DNA of 64,000 nucleotides from Prochlorococcus marinus bv. HNLC2 (GTDB taxonomy: Bacteria > Cyanobacteriota > Cyanobacteriia > PCC-6307 > Cyanobiaceae). Location: contig GL947595.1 of the NCBI GenBank assembly GCA_000218745.1, positions 1,385,487-1,449,486 of the forward strand. Direction: 5' to 3'. The notes under the pieces are model-generated. The model was not told the DNA's origin and ran no database searches. It saw only the letters and a program-made list of their open reading frames with translations. Shown piece after piece: positions 12,504-25,365 of this stretch. The first letter of the stretch is position 1, and every line of letters begins with the position of its first letter. The position numbers and the translations under genes were made by a program.

Positions 12504-14207
12504 ATGAAAATTTATCTTGCACAAATTAATCCTGTAGTTGGAGACTTGAGAGGAAATGCAGCTAAACTATTAAAAATTGCATCAGATGCTTATAAAAACT
12601 CTTCAGACTTAGTTATTACTCCAGAACTATCATTATGGGGTTATCCTCCAAAAGATTTACTTTTTAAAAATAGTCTTATTAATGAACAAAATTATATATT
12701 AGATGAATTATCTACATCTATTGCCAAAAATTTTGGAGATTTAGGCATAATACTGGGCATTGCAGAAAGAATTGACGACCCTTTTTACCCAAATCTATTT
12801 AATTCTGTTGTTCTTGTTGAAAAAGGAAAATGGTCAATAATTGCTCGTAAAATCATTCTTCCTACTTATGAGGTTTTTGATGAGAAAAGATATTTTAGAT
12901 CTGAAAATAAGGTTGCTATTTTACACAAAAAACACAAAAATAAAGTTTGGAAAATTGGTATTACAATTTGCGAGGATTTATGGGTTAATCATGATATCGA
13001 GGGCAGAGGTAAACATAAGAAGAATCCAATAAATGATTTAGAAAAAAAGGGTATAGATTTCCTTTTGAATCTATCAGCATCGCCTTTTACTCTTGAAAAA
13101 TTAGAAAGTAGACTCAAAATATCTACAAATGCTGCTAATTATCTAAAAAAACCGATAATCTATCTAAATCAAGTAGGGGGAAATGACGATTTAATTTTTG
13201 ATGGAAATAGTTTTATTCTTGATAAAAAAGGTTTAAAAAGTAAGCAATTAAAATCTTTTAAAGAAGATTTCTACTGTTGGAATGCAAATGAAAATAATTC
13301 TCATTTAGTAAAAGAAAGGCATATTTCTAAATTTGAAACTATTTTTGATGCTCTTGTATTAGGAGTAAAAGATTATGCAAAAAAATGCGGTTTCAAAACT
13401 GCTCTTATTGGACTAAGTGGAGGAATTGATTCTGCTCTTGTAACTGTTATTGCAACTGCAGCTTTTGGACATAACAATGTATTTGCTATCGCCATGCCTT
13501 CAAAATGGAATAGCTTAGATTCAAAAATTGATGCTGAAGAATTAGCAAAAAATTTAAATATTAATTTCAATATTTTACCCATAAATGATATTGTCAAAAC
13601 TTTTGAAAGTGACTTTCAAAAGTTTCTTAATACAACAATAAATGGAATTGCAAATGAAAATATTCAATCCAGAATTAGAGGTACACTTCTTATGGCATTA
13701 GCTAATCAAAACAATCACTTATTACTCTCGACCGGAAATAAATCTGAATTAGCTGTTGGATACTGCACCTTATATGGAGACATGAATGGGGGTTTAGCAG
13801 TAATAGGTGATTTATATAAAACAAATATTTTTAATATTTGTAATTGGCTTGATAGTGAATCTTCTATTGAAGCAAGGAAAAAATATAAACTTCCATTAAA
13901 TAGTGAAGTAATCGGGGAGAAAATCCTCAAAAAACCACCTAGTGCAGAACTTGGACCGAATCAATTAGATACTGATTCTATTCCTCCTTATGAAAAGCTT
14001 GACAAGATTCTGAGAAATATCATTGAAGATAAAGATGATATCAATCAACTTGTAGCTAAAGGATACGATAAAGATCTGATCATCAAAATCATCAGACTTA
14101 TTAAAAAAGCAGAATTCAAAAGAAAGCAAGCACCACCAATTTTAAAGCTCAGTAAGCAATCATTAGGTAATGATTGGAGAATTCCTATCGCAATTTCAAA
14201 GATATAA
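12504..14207 (+). CDS. nadE: Glutamine-dependent NAD+ synthetase
   Basis: Nitrilase-fold triad (TPEL, RKIILPTYEVFDEKRYF, ICEDLW), then GLSGGIDS, NIQSRIRG, TGNKSE, PPSAEL and KRKQAPP. Confidence 0.96.
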   Translation: MKIYLAQINPVVGDLRGNAAKLLKIASDAYKNSSDLVITPELSLWGYPPKDLLFKNSLINEQNYILDELSTSIAKNFGDLGIILGIAERIDDPFYPNLFNSVVLVEKGKWSIIARKIILPTYEVFDEKRYFRSENKVAILHKKHKNKVWKIGITICEDLWVNHDIEGRGKHKKNPINDLEKKGIDFLLNLSASPFTLEKLESRLKISTNAANYLKKPIIYLNQVGGNDDLIFDGNSFILDKKGLKSKQLKSFKEDFYCWNANENNSHLVKERHISKFETIFDALVLGVKDYAKKCGFKTALIGLSGGIDSALVTVIATAAFGHNNVFAIAMPSKWNSLDSKIDAEELAKNLNINFNILPINDIVKTFESDFQKFLNTTINGIANENIQSRIRGTLLMALANQNNHLLLSTGNKSELAVGYCTLYGDMNGGLAVIGDLYKTNIFNICNWLDSESSIEARKKYKLPLNSEVIGEKILKKPPSAELGPNQLDTDSIPPYEKLDKILRNIIEDKDDINQLVAKGYDKDLIIKIIRLIKKAEFKRKQAPPILKLSKQSLGNDWRIPIAISKI

Positions 14208-14211
14208 ATAT

Positions 14212-15268
14212 TTAAATGATTTGAAAATTTTTAAATGATTTTATTGGTCTTTGAAGTGACTTCAAAGCAATTCCTTCTCTTAGTGACAATAACACTCCTG
14301 CAGCTTCAAAGTAATTGTTGACATCAATAATATTTGAATAATTGATTTTTTCTGAATCAACTTTAAGAATAGATTTATTTTTAACCGCTATAACGGGTAT
14401 TCCTCTCTCAATACAAGCTAACACCGCTTCTCCACCTAAGGCGCCGCTAGGAACTACTATCGATCTAACCTCATTAGGCAAAAGGGTGATTTCTCTATCT
14501 GAACTAGGCAAATCAACTAAATTTGGAGCCTTATTTAAACCCATTAAAACAGATGGTAGAAAAGTAAATCCGATTTCTTCTGCAGCTGCTCTAGGATCTA
14601 AATCTTCCTTTACATTCAAGGGTGATAAAGCAGGTGCATGAGCACATGGTACCTTTAAAAACTTACTGATAAGATGACTAATAACAGCTTCAACTCCAGA
14701 TATTTTATCTACACTTTTCCCTTCTCTATAAAGAGTAATATCCTTATCTTCCAGTTCATCTGGAAAATCTGAAACTATAGCAATTGCAGTAATTCCCTGG
14801 TTCAATAGTTTTTGTCCTGCTTCAATTAAAGTATCTGGATTTTCTATATAACCTCCGCTTGCTCCTGAAGCTTGATCTTCAAAAACCACACCTAAAGGCT
14901 TATTAGTTCTAACATATGCCTCTAAATTAATTCCTAAAGTAGCAGTGCATGCATCAGCAACCTGTAAGTGTCTATGAAACATTTCATTACTAATACCTGG
15001 AATCAAAAATAATTCCAATTCTCTGTTGATTAACTTTTTTTAAACCAATTTCTCCTCGAGCAAATTTATCTAAACTATAGCCCTCAACATAAAATATTCT
15101 CTCATCAACTGTAGATAATGAGCCCCCATTCATAACATTAGGGTGAGTAATTAAACATCCTGTAGAAGCAGCTAATAATTTTGCTGCTGGTATTGCATCT
15201 CCAGCAAACCCTCCTATTTCGCATCCTATGCCAGTAGGTACTATAAAAATAGTGGGTAAAGTTCTCAT
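14212..15268 (-). CDS. DUF3326-family protein, with one +1 frameshift near 14999-15000
   Basis: VPTGIGCEIGGFAGDA, THPNVMNG, then GVEAVISHL, CAHAP, PRAAAEEIG. Removing one base restores IGIIFDSGISNEMFHRHLQVADAC. Span 1057 = 3n+1. Confidence 0.8.
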
Positions 15269-15305
15269 AAAATTTTTTTATTTTTATTGAAAAAGATTTG
15301 ACTAA

Positions 15306-15497
15306 CTAATTATGAGTTGAAGCACTAATCTTTATCAATTTTTTTCTTGTCTTGTTATTTATAATTTTTATGTCATCAATATACCATCTAATGATTTCAA
15401 CTCCTTTTGGGAAATTACTTATAATAAATTTTCTTAGATCTACTATATCAATATCTTGTGGCCACTCTAATTCAATTACGATAGAGTTTAATTTCAT
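15306..15497 (-). CDS. Small conserved hypothetical protein (63 aa)
   Basis: ELEWP...DLRKFI...IRWYI; co-oriented with atpG and DUF3326 with 25 and 37 bp gaps. Confidence 0.7.
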   Translation of the reverse strand: MKLNSIVIELEWPQDIDIVDLRKFIISNFPKGVEIIRWYIDDIKIINNKTRKKLIKISASTHN

Positions 15498-15522
15498 TGC
15501 TTAAATTACCTAGAAAAAATAA

Positions 15523-16473
15523 CTATGTAGATGCCCCCCCTACGACTTCCAATATTTCTTGAGTAATAGCAGCTTGTCTCGCCTTGTTATAAGTTAAATT
15601 AAGTGTAGATGCTAATTCTTTAGCATTATCACTTGCGTTATTCATAGCAGTCATTCTACAAGCCAATTCTGAAGCAGCTGATTCTTGCAAAGCTCTTAAG
15701 ACTTGATTTTGTAAATATAAAGGTAATAAAGAATCTAGCAATTGATCAGGGCTTTGTTCAAAAACCATATCAGATGGCAATTCTGATTTTTCTGATGCTT
15801 GAATATTTGATTTTTCAACTCTTAGTTGGCTATTTTTTGTAGTTAATCTAAATATCTCATCATTTTTTTCAGCAATTCCTTGAGGATCTAGTGGTAACAG
15901 AGTCTGAACCACAGGAGAGCAACTTACTAAAGTTATAAATTTCGTATAAATTATTTCAACTCTATCTGAACTTTCAGATATGAATTCCGCTAAGACATCA
16001 TTAGTAATTCCCTCCGCATCAGATGCAGTTGGTACTTGTTCTAATTCCTTAAAAGTTCTTTTAATAGTATATTTATCTTTTCTATTTTGAAAATAACCAA
16101 TTGCCTTTTTACCTACCAAAATGAGTTGAGGCTTATAACCTTGATTTAATAACTCACCATATCTAATTTCAACTTTTTTTATAATATTATTGTTATATCC
16201 ACCGCACAAACCTCTATCCGCAGTAATACAAACTAAAGAAATTGTCTCAACTTTACGCTTGGATAAGAGAGGTGAATCTGAAGTTTCAAATTGCATTCTT
16301 GTTTGAATATTTTGCAATATCCGAGCAAGTTTATCTGCAAATGGTCTACTTTTTAGAACTTGATCTTGTGCTCTTCTAACTTTTGCTGCAGCAACTAGCC
16401 TCATTGCTTCAGTTATCTTTCTTGTGTTTTTAACAGAAACAATTCTGTCTCTAATTTCCTTAAGATTTGCCAT
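15523..16473 (-). CDS. atpG: ATP synthase F1 gamma subunit
   Basis: [46 protein letters not shown]. Confidence 0.98.
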   Translation of the reverse strand: MANLKEIRDRIVSVKNTRKITEAMRLVAAAKVRRAQDQVLKSRPFADKLARILQNIQTRMQFETSDSPLLSKRKVETISLVCITADRGLCGGYNNNIIKKVEIRYGELLNQGYKPQLILVGKKAIGYFQNRKDKYTIKRTFKELEQVPTASDAEGITNDVLAEFISESSDRVEIIYTKFITLVSCSPVVQTLLPLDPQGIAEKNDEIFRLTTKNSQLRVEKSNIQASEKSELPSDMVFEQSPDQLLDSLLPLYLQNQVLRALQESAASELACRMTAMNNASDNAKELASTLNLTYNKARQAAITQEILEVVGGAST

Positions 16474-16493
16474 GATATTTATAAAAAATAAAA

Positions 16494-18035
<1,542 letters not shown>

Positions 18036-18042
18036 TTAAGAA

Positions 18043-18585
18043 TTACTTGGACAAAGCAAGGCCAAGTTTTCTGATTTGAGATGAAAGACTTGCATCTATT
18101 ACTTTTGATCCTACACTTGCGATGAATCCACCAATAAGAGTTTTATCGGTTTTAGTAACAAGTTCTAATCTTTCAGTGCCAGCTATTGCACTTATTTTTT
18201 GTTTGATTAAATCCTTTTGTTCATCTGAGAGTTCTACTGCAGAAGTAACAGTAGCAAGTGCAATATTACTATTCTCTCTGTAAATTTCCAAGTATCTTTC
18301 AAGAATAGGAATAACTATTCCAATTCTTTGCCGATCAGCTAAAAGCTTTAAGAGATTTAGTAAAGATGAGTTAATCTTCTCAGAAAATAATTGCACAATA
18401 ATACTCTTCTTAGATTCCTTCTCAAGAATTGGAGAAGAGAGTGTTTTTTCTAGTTCTGGTGATTCCCTAAATAAACTTAAGATTTCCTTAACTTGTACAA
18501 CAATCTCATCTGTTTGATTGAGATCATTTGAAACTTGCAGGAAAGCTTCTGCATATGGGGTAGTAACTGAATTTAAAAGAGGCAT
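18043..18585 (-). CDS. atpH: ATP synthase F1 delta subunit
   Basis: TPYAEA, ATVTSAVEL, LIGGFIASVGSKVIDASL; operon position. Confidence 0.95.
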   Translation of the reverse strand: MPLLNSVTTPYAEAFLQVSNDLNQTDEIVVQVKEILSLFRESPELEKTLSSPILEKESKKSIIVQLFSEKINSSLLNLLKLLADRQRIGIVIPILERYLEIYRENSNIALATVTSAVELSDEQKDLIKQKISAIAGTERLELVTKTDKTLIGGFIASVGSKVIDASLSSQIRKLGLALSK

Positions 18586-19097
18586 TAATTAATCTCAATA
18601 TTGTTTATTGATTGAGTAACCAAATTTTCTTGAGTTGTTTGATCAAGTCTATTAGGTAATGAATCTAAAGCTTTTTTAATTGCTAATTCAACAGCTTCCT
18701 TACGGAGTTGCGAAATAGCTTTTGAAGCTTCTGTACTTTCATCAGAAATTGCACTTTGTTTAATCCTTGCCATTTCCTCAATTGCCTTTTTTTCACTATC
18801 TAATTTTATAGCTTCGGATCTTTTTAAAGAATCTGCTTTTATTTGATTAGCTTTTTCTTGAGCTAATGATAAATCTGCCTGAGCTTTAGCTAGAGCATCT
18901 GAAGCAGTTTTAAGTCGATTCTCTGCATCTTTCAATTCGAGAAGAATTCCTTCCCTTCTTTTTTCGAGCATTTTACCAAGAAAACCTGGTAAAAATTTAT
19001 AAAGTCCAAATACTACAACAGCCCAATTTAAAACATTGGTCTCAAATAAATTGAGATTTAGTCCAAAACCAGCTGAAGCTAAAAAAGGAATATTCAT
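18585..19097 (-). CDS. atpF: ATP synthase F0 subunit b
   Basis: LFETNVLN plus a TM helix and coiled coil; operon position. Confidence 0.93.
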   Translation of the reverse strand: MNIPFLASAGFGLNLNLFETNVLNWAVVVFGLYKFLPGFLGKMLEKRREGILLELKDAENRLKTASDALAKAQADLSLAQEKANQIKADSLKRSEAIKLDSEKKAIEEMARIKQSAISDESTEASKAISQLRKEAVELAIKKALDSLPNRLDQTTQENLVTQSINNIEIN

Positions 19098-19552
19098 TTT
19101 TGTTGGATTAATCTATTTACAATTAGTTCGCTTAAATCATCAGCTTGTTGTGAAAGTTGTTTACGTGCTGAAGAAGTCTGATTTTCAATTTCTAACCTAG
19201 CCTTTTCTTTTGAAGCATTAGCTTCATTATTAGCAAGGTCAATAGCTTCTTGATAAAGCTTTTCAGAATCTTGTTCAGCTTCGTTAACAATTTTTACTGC
19301 CTCAGAGCGAGCTTTTTGAAGTTGATTAAGTAAATCAGCTTCTAATTTTTCAACCTCAGCAAGTTTATTTTTTGCTGCAGTAATATTATTTTTTACATAT
19401 TCCTCTCTCTTCTCTACAACTTTGCCAACAGGCTTGAAGAATAAAGAATTTAGTAAATATGTTAAAACAACTACTTGTATTGCCATTAGTGGCAAAGTGG
19501 CGTTGATATCAAACAATCCACCTTCTGTAGCAAATAAATTAAAGGCAAGCAT
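19094..19552 (-). CDS. ATP synthase F0 subunit b' (called atpG in cyanobacterial nomenclature)
   Basis: [26 protein letters not shown]; lies between subunits c and b. Confidence 0.93.
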   Translation of the reverse strand: MLAFNLFATEGGLFDINATLPLMAIQVVVLTYLLNSLFFKPVGKVVEKREEYVKNNITAAKNKLAEVEKLEADLLNQLQKARSEAVKIVNEAEQDSEKLYQEAIDLANNEANASKEKARLEIENQTSSARKQLSQQADDLSELIVNRLIQQK

Positions 19553-19614
19553 ATGCTTTGTTGAAATTGAAAATTAAAAAATAAATATTACTTATAATTT
19601 AAGAAATGATTTAT

Positions 19615-19902
<288 letters not shown>

Positions 19903-19904
19903 TC

Positions 19905-19970
19905 AAACACGCTTGGACATTCTTTTTTTATTTAAGAATGGGTCTGAATTTTTCAGACCTACGCGATTAG
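19905..19970 (-). ncRNA. ATPC RNA motif (cis-regulatory multi-stem RNA between the subunit a and c genes); boundaries approximate
   Basis: Two adjacent perfect hairpins, GGTCTGAA/TTCAGACC (19941-19959) and CATTCTT/AAGAATG (19918-19940), with a possible closing CGCG/GCG stem. This is the known location of the ATPC motif in marine picocyanobacteria. Confidence 0.75.
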
Positions 19971-20026
19971 GTATTTTGGCAGATTATTTGCAGTTTGTAA
20001 AAGGGTAGGTATGTAATATAAAAAAG

Positions 20027-20752
20027 CTAATGATGTTCCTCGACTGCCTCTCCTATGTAATAAGCAGCAAGAGTAGCGAAAATCAATGCCTGAATAGCAC
20101 TTGTAAATAAGCCAAGGAACATTACAGGTATTGGTAATACTAAAGGTACTAAGAAAACTAAAACTGATACTACCAATTCATCAGCTAAAATATTTCCAAA
20201 TAACCTAAAAGAGAGTGAAAGAGGTTTTGTAAAATCTTCCAAAATCTTAAAAGGTAACATTATAGGTGTTGGATGTACATAGTATTCAAAATATCTCCAA
20301 CCTTTATTGCTAAGTCCTGCATAAAAATATGATAAAGAAACCAAAAGTGCTAATGCAATTGTTGTATTAATGTCAGCCGTAGGAGCACCTAATTCACCAC
20401 TTGGCAATTTTATTAATCTCCAAGGTATTAAGGCTCCACCCCAATTACTTACAAAAACAAAGAGGAAAAGTGTTCCAATAAAAGGCATCCAATCTCTATA
20501 AACTTTCTCGCCTATCTGGGTTCTAGCTAAGTCTCTTATATAATCCCATAAAAATTCGAGTAAGTTTTGTAATCCTTTAGGATCGTTTTCCATCTTTTTT
20601 GTGCCCAAGGATATGAAAACTAACAAAGCACCTAATAGTATCCACGATGTTAAAAAAACTTGACCATGGATACTGACCTTACCAATTTGCCAATAAAGAT
20701 GTTGACCAACTTCTAACTCGGCAAAATTTGTAAATAAAAAATTTAAATTCAT
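20027..20752 (-). CDS. atpB: ATP synthase F0 subunit a
   Basis: [41 protein letters not shown]. Confidence 0.98.
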   Translation of the reverse strand: MNLNFLFTNFAELEVGQHLYWQIGKVSIHGQVFLTSWILLGALLVFISLGTKKMENDPKGLQNLLEFLWDYIRDLARTQIGEKVYRDWMPFIGTLFLFVFVSNWGGALIPWRLIKLPSGELGAPTADINTTIALALLVSLSYFYAGLSNKGWRYFEYYVHPTPIMLPFKILEDFTKPLSLSFRLFGNILADELVVSVLVFLVPLVLPIPVMFLGLFTSAIQALIFATLAAYYIGEAVEEHH

Positions 20753-20794
20753 TTTGATTTAGGATTTAATAAATTTTTATAATGAAAAATTTAT

Positions 20795-21271
20795 CTAGGG
20801 ACGGGAAAAAATAAAAAACAGGGAAGGCTTATACAAGAAAAAGCCAATAATTGCTGGAAGGATTTCAATTAATTCATTTTTGCTAGCAAAAATAAAAAGA
20901 CAAACAGGTAATAAAAGCTGCAACTTTGAAACACCTGAGGAAGATTTACCTAAGTTTCCAATACTTTTAGCAAGCAAACGTAAATAAAAGATTCCAACAA
21001 TTGAACCTATAAAAATACTCAAACCAAACTTAATGCTTAAAAAAATACAAGAAATCATTGAGATTAGTAATGAGAACAAAAAGGTCAAAGAAAAAATTGC
21101 TAATTGTAAATTGAAATAATCATTACTAATTGAGAAGAAATTAAAAAATTCAACTAATAAAGATTTTTTAACTTCAAACGAACTTGAATTTTGTAAAGCA
21201 GAAGAATCTTTAGCATCTAAATTAATAGTCTGCTTAAGTTTTTTTCTTGCTGAGTTCACAGTTGTGAACAT
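20795..21271 (-). CDS. atpI: ATP synthase protein I (Atp1)
   Basis: First gene of the atp operon; GIFYLRLLAKSIG, hydrophobic C-terminal half; start uncertain. Confidence 0.8.
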   Translation of the reverse strand: MFTTVNSARKKLKQTINLDAKDSSALQNSSSFEVKKSLLVEFFNFFSISNDYFNLQLAIFSLTFLFSLLISMISCIFLSIKFGLSIFIGSIVGIFYLRLLAKSIGNLGKSSSGVSKLQLLLPVCLFIFASKNELIEILPAIIGFFLYKPSLFFIFSRP

Positions 21272-21317
21272 AATTCAGAAATTCCCCTTAGATTTGAATA
21301 AGTATATAAACCCACGG

Positions 21318-21326
21318 AATCTATCA
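21318..21326 (-). promoter_or_regulatory. Putative extended -10 promoter of the main atp operon
   Basis: The minus strand reads TG-A-TAGATT (TGnTAnnnT), about 47 nt upstream of the atpI start; motif match only. Confidence 0.4.
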
Positions 21327-21528
21327 TGGAGAGGTGACATTTAGCTAGCCTAAATTGGCATTAAGTGCTAATTCTTAAAGATTTGATTTAAAATTTGTAT
21401 AAAATTTTTATACCCACGAAAAAATAATTTTGAAATATCTTTCAAAATAAATAGTTTATAAACCTTAATTAAAAGCTTGGCAAAAGAAGCTTTTAACGTC
21501 TCAATAGATTATCTAGAATTTTAGACAT

Positions 21529-22761
21529 TTGCAAAGAAGAAAATCTGCTAATGAATATAATTTTGATCTACCAAAAATTGGATACTTAAACAATAAATTT
21601 AGCTCTGATTTTAAACAAGACTTTTTTATTCCTCTTGACTGGAAACTATGGCCTTATGAAGGAAAACTTTTATCTATATTTATAATTATTTGGTGTGTTT
21701 TTGGATTGTTTATCCTAGGTTCCTCAAGTTGGTGGGTAGCAAATAGAGAAATGGGTGATTGGTCTTATTTTTTAAAGAGACAAATGGCCTGGTACATTCC
21801 AGGCATTTCAGTATTTTTTGTTGTTTTTCATACAAAAATAAGAGTTCTTTTAAAAAACTCAAAACTTATTTTTTACCTATTAATTTTGCTAATCGCTTCA
21901 ACGATATTTTTTGGAGAAACTATTAATGGTTCGTCAAGATGGTTAATACTAGGACCATTAAAAATGCAACCTTCAGAATTGATTAAACCATTTGCAATAT
22001 TAGAAGCAGCAAATATATTCGCACATTGGAATTTAGTAGATAAAGATAAAAAAATTATCTCAATAAGTTCATTTGGATTATTAATACTTTTGATAATGAA
22101 ACAACCAAATTTAAGCACTGCTGGCTTAACAGGAATATTCTTTTGGATTATGGCTTTATGCGGCGGAGTAAGAATAAATAACTTGCTGTCAATTGCGTCC
22201 TTGGGAGTGCTTAGCGCTTATCTAAGTATTTTAAGAAATGAATATCAAATGTTAAGAATAAAATCATTTATAAATCCCTGGGCGGATCCAGAAGGAAATG
22301 GTTATCAATTAATCCAAAGCTTAGTTGCTATTGGGTCTGGAGGTTTATTTGGTAAAGGGTATGGATTATCAATGCAAAAGTTGCAATATTTACCAATACA
22401 GCATACTGATTTCATTTTTGCAATTTATGCTGAAGAGTTTGGATTAATAGGTTCATTTTTATTATTAGGTTTTTTAGCGATTTTTTCTTATTTAAGCTTA
22501 AGGATCTCTTTGAAATGCAGAAATAACTATACAAAATTAGTAGCGATTGGATGCGCAACCTTTCTTATAGGTCAATCACTAATACACATTGCAGTCACGA
22601 CAGGTTCTATGCCTACCACAGGATTACCTTTGCCATTTGTAAGTTACGGCGGAAACTCTCTAATATCGTCGTTATTTATAGCTGCACTTTTATTGAGATG
22701 TTCATTAGAGTCAACAGGTTTAATTGGAACATTAGATACACGAAAGATAAAAGTTAGATAG
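21529..22761 (+). CDS. ftsW: SEDS-family peptidoglycan polymerase FtsW
   Basis: NGSSRW, QPSELIK, KQPNLSTA, GYQLIQS, PIQHTDFIFA, TGLPLPFVSYGG. Confidence 0.93.
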   Translation: MQRRKSANEYNFDLPKIGYLNNKFSSDFKQDFFIPLDWKLWPYEGKLLSIFIIIWCVFGLFILGSSSWWVANREMGDWSYFLKRQMAWYIPGISVFFVVFHTKIRVLLKNSKLIFYLLILLIASTIFFGETINGSSRWLILGPLKMQPSELIKPFAILEAANIFAHWNLVDKDKKIISISSFGLLILLIMKQPNLSTAGLTGIFFWIMALCGGVRINNLLSIASLGVLSAYLSILRNEYQMLRIKSFINPWADPEGNGYQLIQSLVAIGSGGLFGKGYGLSMQKLQYLPIQHTDFIFAIYAEEFGLIGSFLLLGFLAIFSYLSLRISLKCRNNYTKLVAIGCATFLIGQSLIHIAVTTGSMPTTGLPLPFVSYGGNSLISSLFIAALLLRCSLESTGLIGTLDTRKIKVR

Positions 22762-22832
22762 AATTTAAAATAATTTTAAAAATTATCATTTCTTTAAATT
22801 TATTTATTTCTGAATTAGCTCAACAAGGAAAC

Positions 22833-23501
22833 TTGTTGATGGAGCAAGGAGTATCTAACCCTAGCCCTGTCACAGTTTTTCTAATTTTTTCTGCTGGCCT
22901 CCTTACAAGTTTGGGGCCTTGTTCTTTATCTTTACTACCCATAACAGTTGCTTACATTGGAGGGACAAATAATGAAAATAATAATTTTAAAATCTTTGGT
23001 TTTTGCGGAGGTGTTGTTTTATCATTAGTTTTTTTAGGTGCTATTAGCGGATTTTTAGGAAGAATATATGGTCAATTACCTGACTTCTTCAATATATTTA
23101 TTTCGATATTCGCAATTGCCATGGGTTTAAACTTACTAGGATTATTAAAATTTCAATTCCCTAATATACCGTCTTTAAATTCTGTTGAAAAAAAACTACC
23201 TCCCATTCTTGCACCTCTCATTACAGGAACAACATTTGGACTTGCATCATCTCCTTGTATTACTCCAGTATTAGCTACTTTACTTGCATGGGTTTCACAA
23301 GCAAAAAACCCACTTATATCGATAATTTTTCTTTTCTTTTTTGGATTAGGGCAAGTCACTCCGTTAATTTTCGTAGCAATTACAACTGAGAATATGAGAA
23401 AGTTACTTGAATTTCGTAAATATAGTCAGGTAATACCTTTTTGTAGTGGAATAGTACTACTTACATTAGGGGTTTTAAATATTATTTCAAATTGGATTTA
23501 G
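22833..23501 (+). CDS. ccdA: Cytochrome c biogenesis protein CcdA
   Basis: GLLTSLGPCSLSLLP and SSPCITPVLA (two Pro-Cys motifs); true start uncertain. Confidence 0.93.
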   Translation: MLMEQGVSNPSPVTVFLIFSAGLLTSLGPCSLSLLPITVAYIGGTNNENNNFKIFGFCGGVVLSLVFLGAISGFLGRIYGQLPDFFNIFISIFAIAMGLNLLGLLKFQFPNIPSLNSVEKKLPPILAPLITGTTFGLASSPCITPVLATLLAWVSQAKNPLISIIFLFFFGLGQVTPLIFVAITTENMRKLLEFRKYSQVIPFCSGIVLLTLGVLNIISNWI

Positions 23502-24785
23502 ATGGGTTTTTTCAATAAATTAATTTTTAATATATCATCATTAAAATTTGCAATATTTTTATTAATATTTATCGCCATCGCAAGCAGTTTAGGTACATTT
23601 ATTCCACAAGAAAAAGGCTTACAAGAATACTTTGATTTATATGATTCAACTCCATTTCTAGGGTTTCTCGATGGTGAAAAAATTATAAAATTACAACTAA
23701 ACCACATTTATACAAGTTTATGGTTTTTATTATCATTATTTTTACTTTGCCTCTCACTGGCACTTTCAAGCTTCAGAAAGCAAATACCTACTCTTAAATC
23801 TTCATTAAAATGGGTTGATTACAAAAAAAAAGAAAAATACGAAAAGTTAAAGCTAAATTGCAAATGGGAAACAAACAATAATAATCAATTGATCACTAAA
23901 GCTAATCAAATACTTAAAAAAGACGGATGGGATATTTTAATAAATGAAAATACAATATCTGCAAGAAAAGGAGTTTTTGGAAGATTTGGTCCAATATTAG
24001 TTCATTTTGGGCTAATCATTCTTCTTATAGGTTCAACATACGGTAACTTCAGTAGGCAGTCTTTGGAAGAGTATTTAATTCCAAATGAGACTATAGATTT
24101 AATTAATGACAATTCAAATAAAAAATTATCATTAAAATTAAATAATTTTTATATCGATCGTGAAGATAATGGAGTGCCAAAACAATTCACCTCAAATATA
24201 GAAATATTCTCTGAGAATGAATCAGAATCCTTTAAAAAAGAAACTAGTGTAAACCATCCAATAAGGTACAAGGGCTTAACAATTTATCAGGCAGATTGGT
24301 CAATTTCGAATTTAATTTTAAAAATTGATAATATAACCTACCAACTCCAATTAAAACCAGTTCCTGAGATAGGAGAGCAAATTTGGGGCATAGTAATTGA
24401 ACTTGGAGAAAAAATTAAAAAAAATTATCTTTTAACTATTAATAATGAATATGGTCCTATAAAAATATTTGATACTGATAATTTTTCAGAAACTGATATT
24501 TATCTTAAAAAGAAAGGAACCGAAATTAATTCATCCCAAATTGAATTTATACAAGCAATTCCAAGTAGTGGTTTAATCATAAAGAATGATCCTTCAGTAC
24601 CTATTATTTATTGCTCTTTTATATTTATTATTCTCGGTGCTAGTTTGAGCCTAATACCTACAAAACGTTTATGGATAATGAATGATAAGGAATCAAATTA
24701 TTTATATATGGGTGGTTTATGTAATAAAAACTTATCCGGTTTTGAAACTGAATTTATGAATTTATCTTCCCTTATAAAAAATTAA
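23502..24785 (+). CDS. ccsB: Cytochrome c biogenesis protein CcsB/Ccs1 (ResB-like)
   Basis: [51 protein letters not shown]. Confidence 0.92.
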   Translation: MGFFNKLIFNISSLKFAIFLLIFIAIASSLGTFIPQEKGLQEYFDLYDSTPFLGFLDGEKIIKLQLNHIYTSLWFLLSLFLLCLSLALSSFRKQIPTLKSSLKWVDYKKKEKYEKLKLNCKWETNNNNQLITKANQILKKDGWDILINENTISARKGVFGRFGPILVHFGLIILLIGSTYGNFSRQSLEEYLIPNETIDLINDNSNKKLSLKLNNFYIDREDNGVPKQFTSNIEIFSENESESFKKETSVNHPIRYKGLTIYQADWSISNLILKIDNITYQLQLKPVPEIGEQIWGIVIELGEKIKKNYLLTINNEYGPIKIFDTDNFSETDIYLKKKGTEINSSQIEFIQAIPSSGLIIKNDPSVPIIYCSFIFIILGASLSLIPTKRLWIMNDKESNYLYMGGLCNKNLSGFETEFMNLSSLIKN

Positions 24786-25192
24786 TCATGTTTTTTTTCT
24801 CCAAAATACAAATCTAATTTCATTGATACATTACCTCTTGGATTAAAGTCAGCATTTAAATGCATCCAGTGAGGGTTTGCCGCTTCAATGAGATCATCCA
24901 TTATTCTGTTAACAACCTCTTCATGAGAAATCTTCTGATCTCTAAAGTTATTAATATAAAGTTTTAGGGATTTCAATTCATAGACTTTATTCTTTGGCTG
25001 ATAGGTAATCTTTAATTTTGCAAAATCTGGGTATCCAGAAAAAGGACATTTACAGGTGAACTCGGGTAAATCTATTGTTACCTGATAAATTCTTGATTTG
25101 TTTGGATTTTCAAAACAAATAATATTTGATTCTGAAATAATTCTCTCGCCGTAAAGAGGTCTATTAGTATTCAAGTTTTCTAAATCGTTCAT
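24782..25192 (-). CDS. queF: NADPH-dependent 7-cyano-7-deazaguanine (preQ0) reductase
   Basis: [35 protein letters not shown]. Confidence 0.95.
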   Translation of the reverse strand: MNDLENLNTNRPLYGERIISESNIICFENPNKSRIYQVTIDLPEFTCKCPFSGYPDFAKLKITYQPKNKVYELKSLKLYINNFRDQKISHEEVVNRIMDDLIEAANPHWMHLNADFNPRGNVSMKLDLYFGEKKHD

Positions 25193-25300
25193 TTTTTTAG
25201 CATTTCTAGAAATATATATAAATTTATTTATTTAAGCAAAATAATAAATTTTTAATTTCAGAAAACTAATTAAGTAACAATACAAGAAAAATCTAATTTT

Positions 25301-25314
25301 GTATCAACAAGCAC
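25301..25314 (+). promoter_or_regulatory. Putative NtcA binding site upstream of the hypothetical-glnB unit
   Basis: tGTA-TCAACAAG-CACa, one mismatch from GTA-N8-TAC. No canonical -10 lies at the usual 22-nt spacing. Confidence 0.45.
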
Positions 25315-25365
25315 ATTTTATATCCAGATAAAAGGGCTTAATAAGATCAAGTTAAATTTTAATCA

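Noticed and set aside
21275-21340. 21-aa uORF MSPLHDRFRGFIYLFKSKGNF just upstream of atpI
   Set aside because: Its ATG lies upstream of the putative extended -10 (21318-21326), so it is probably not on the transcript; there is no other support.
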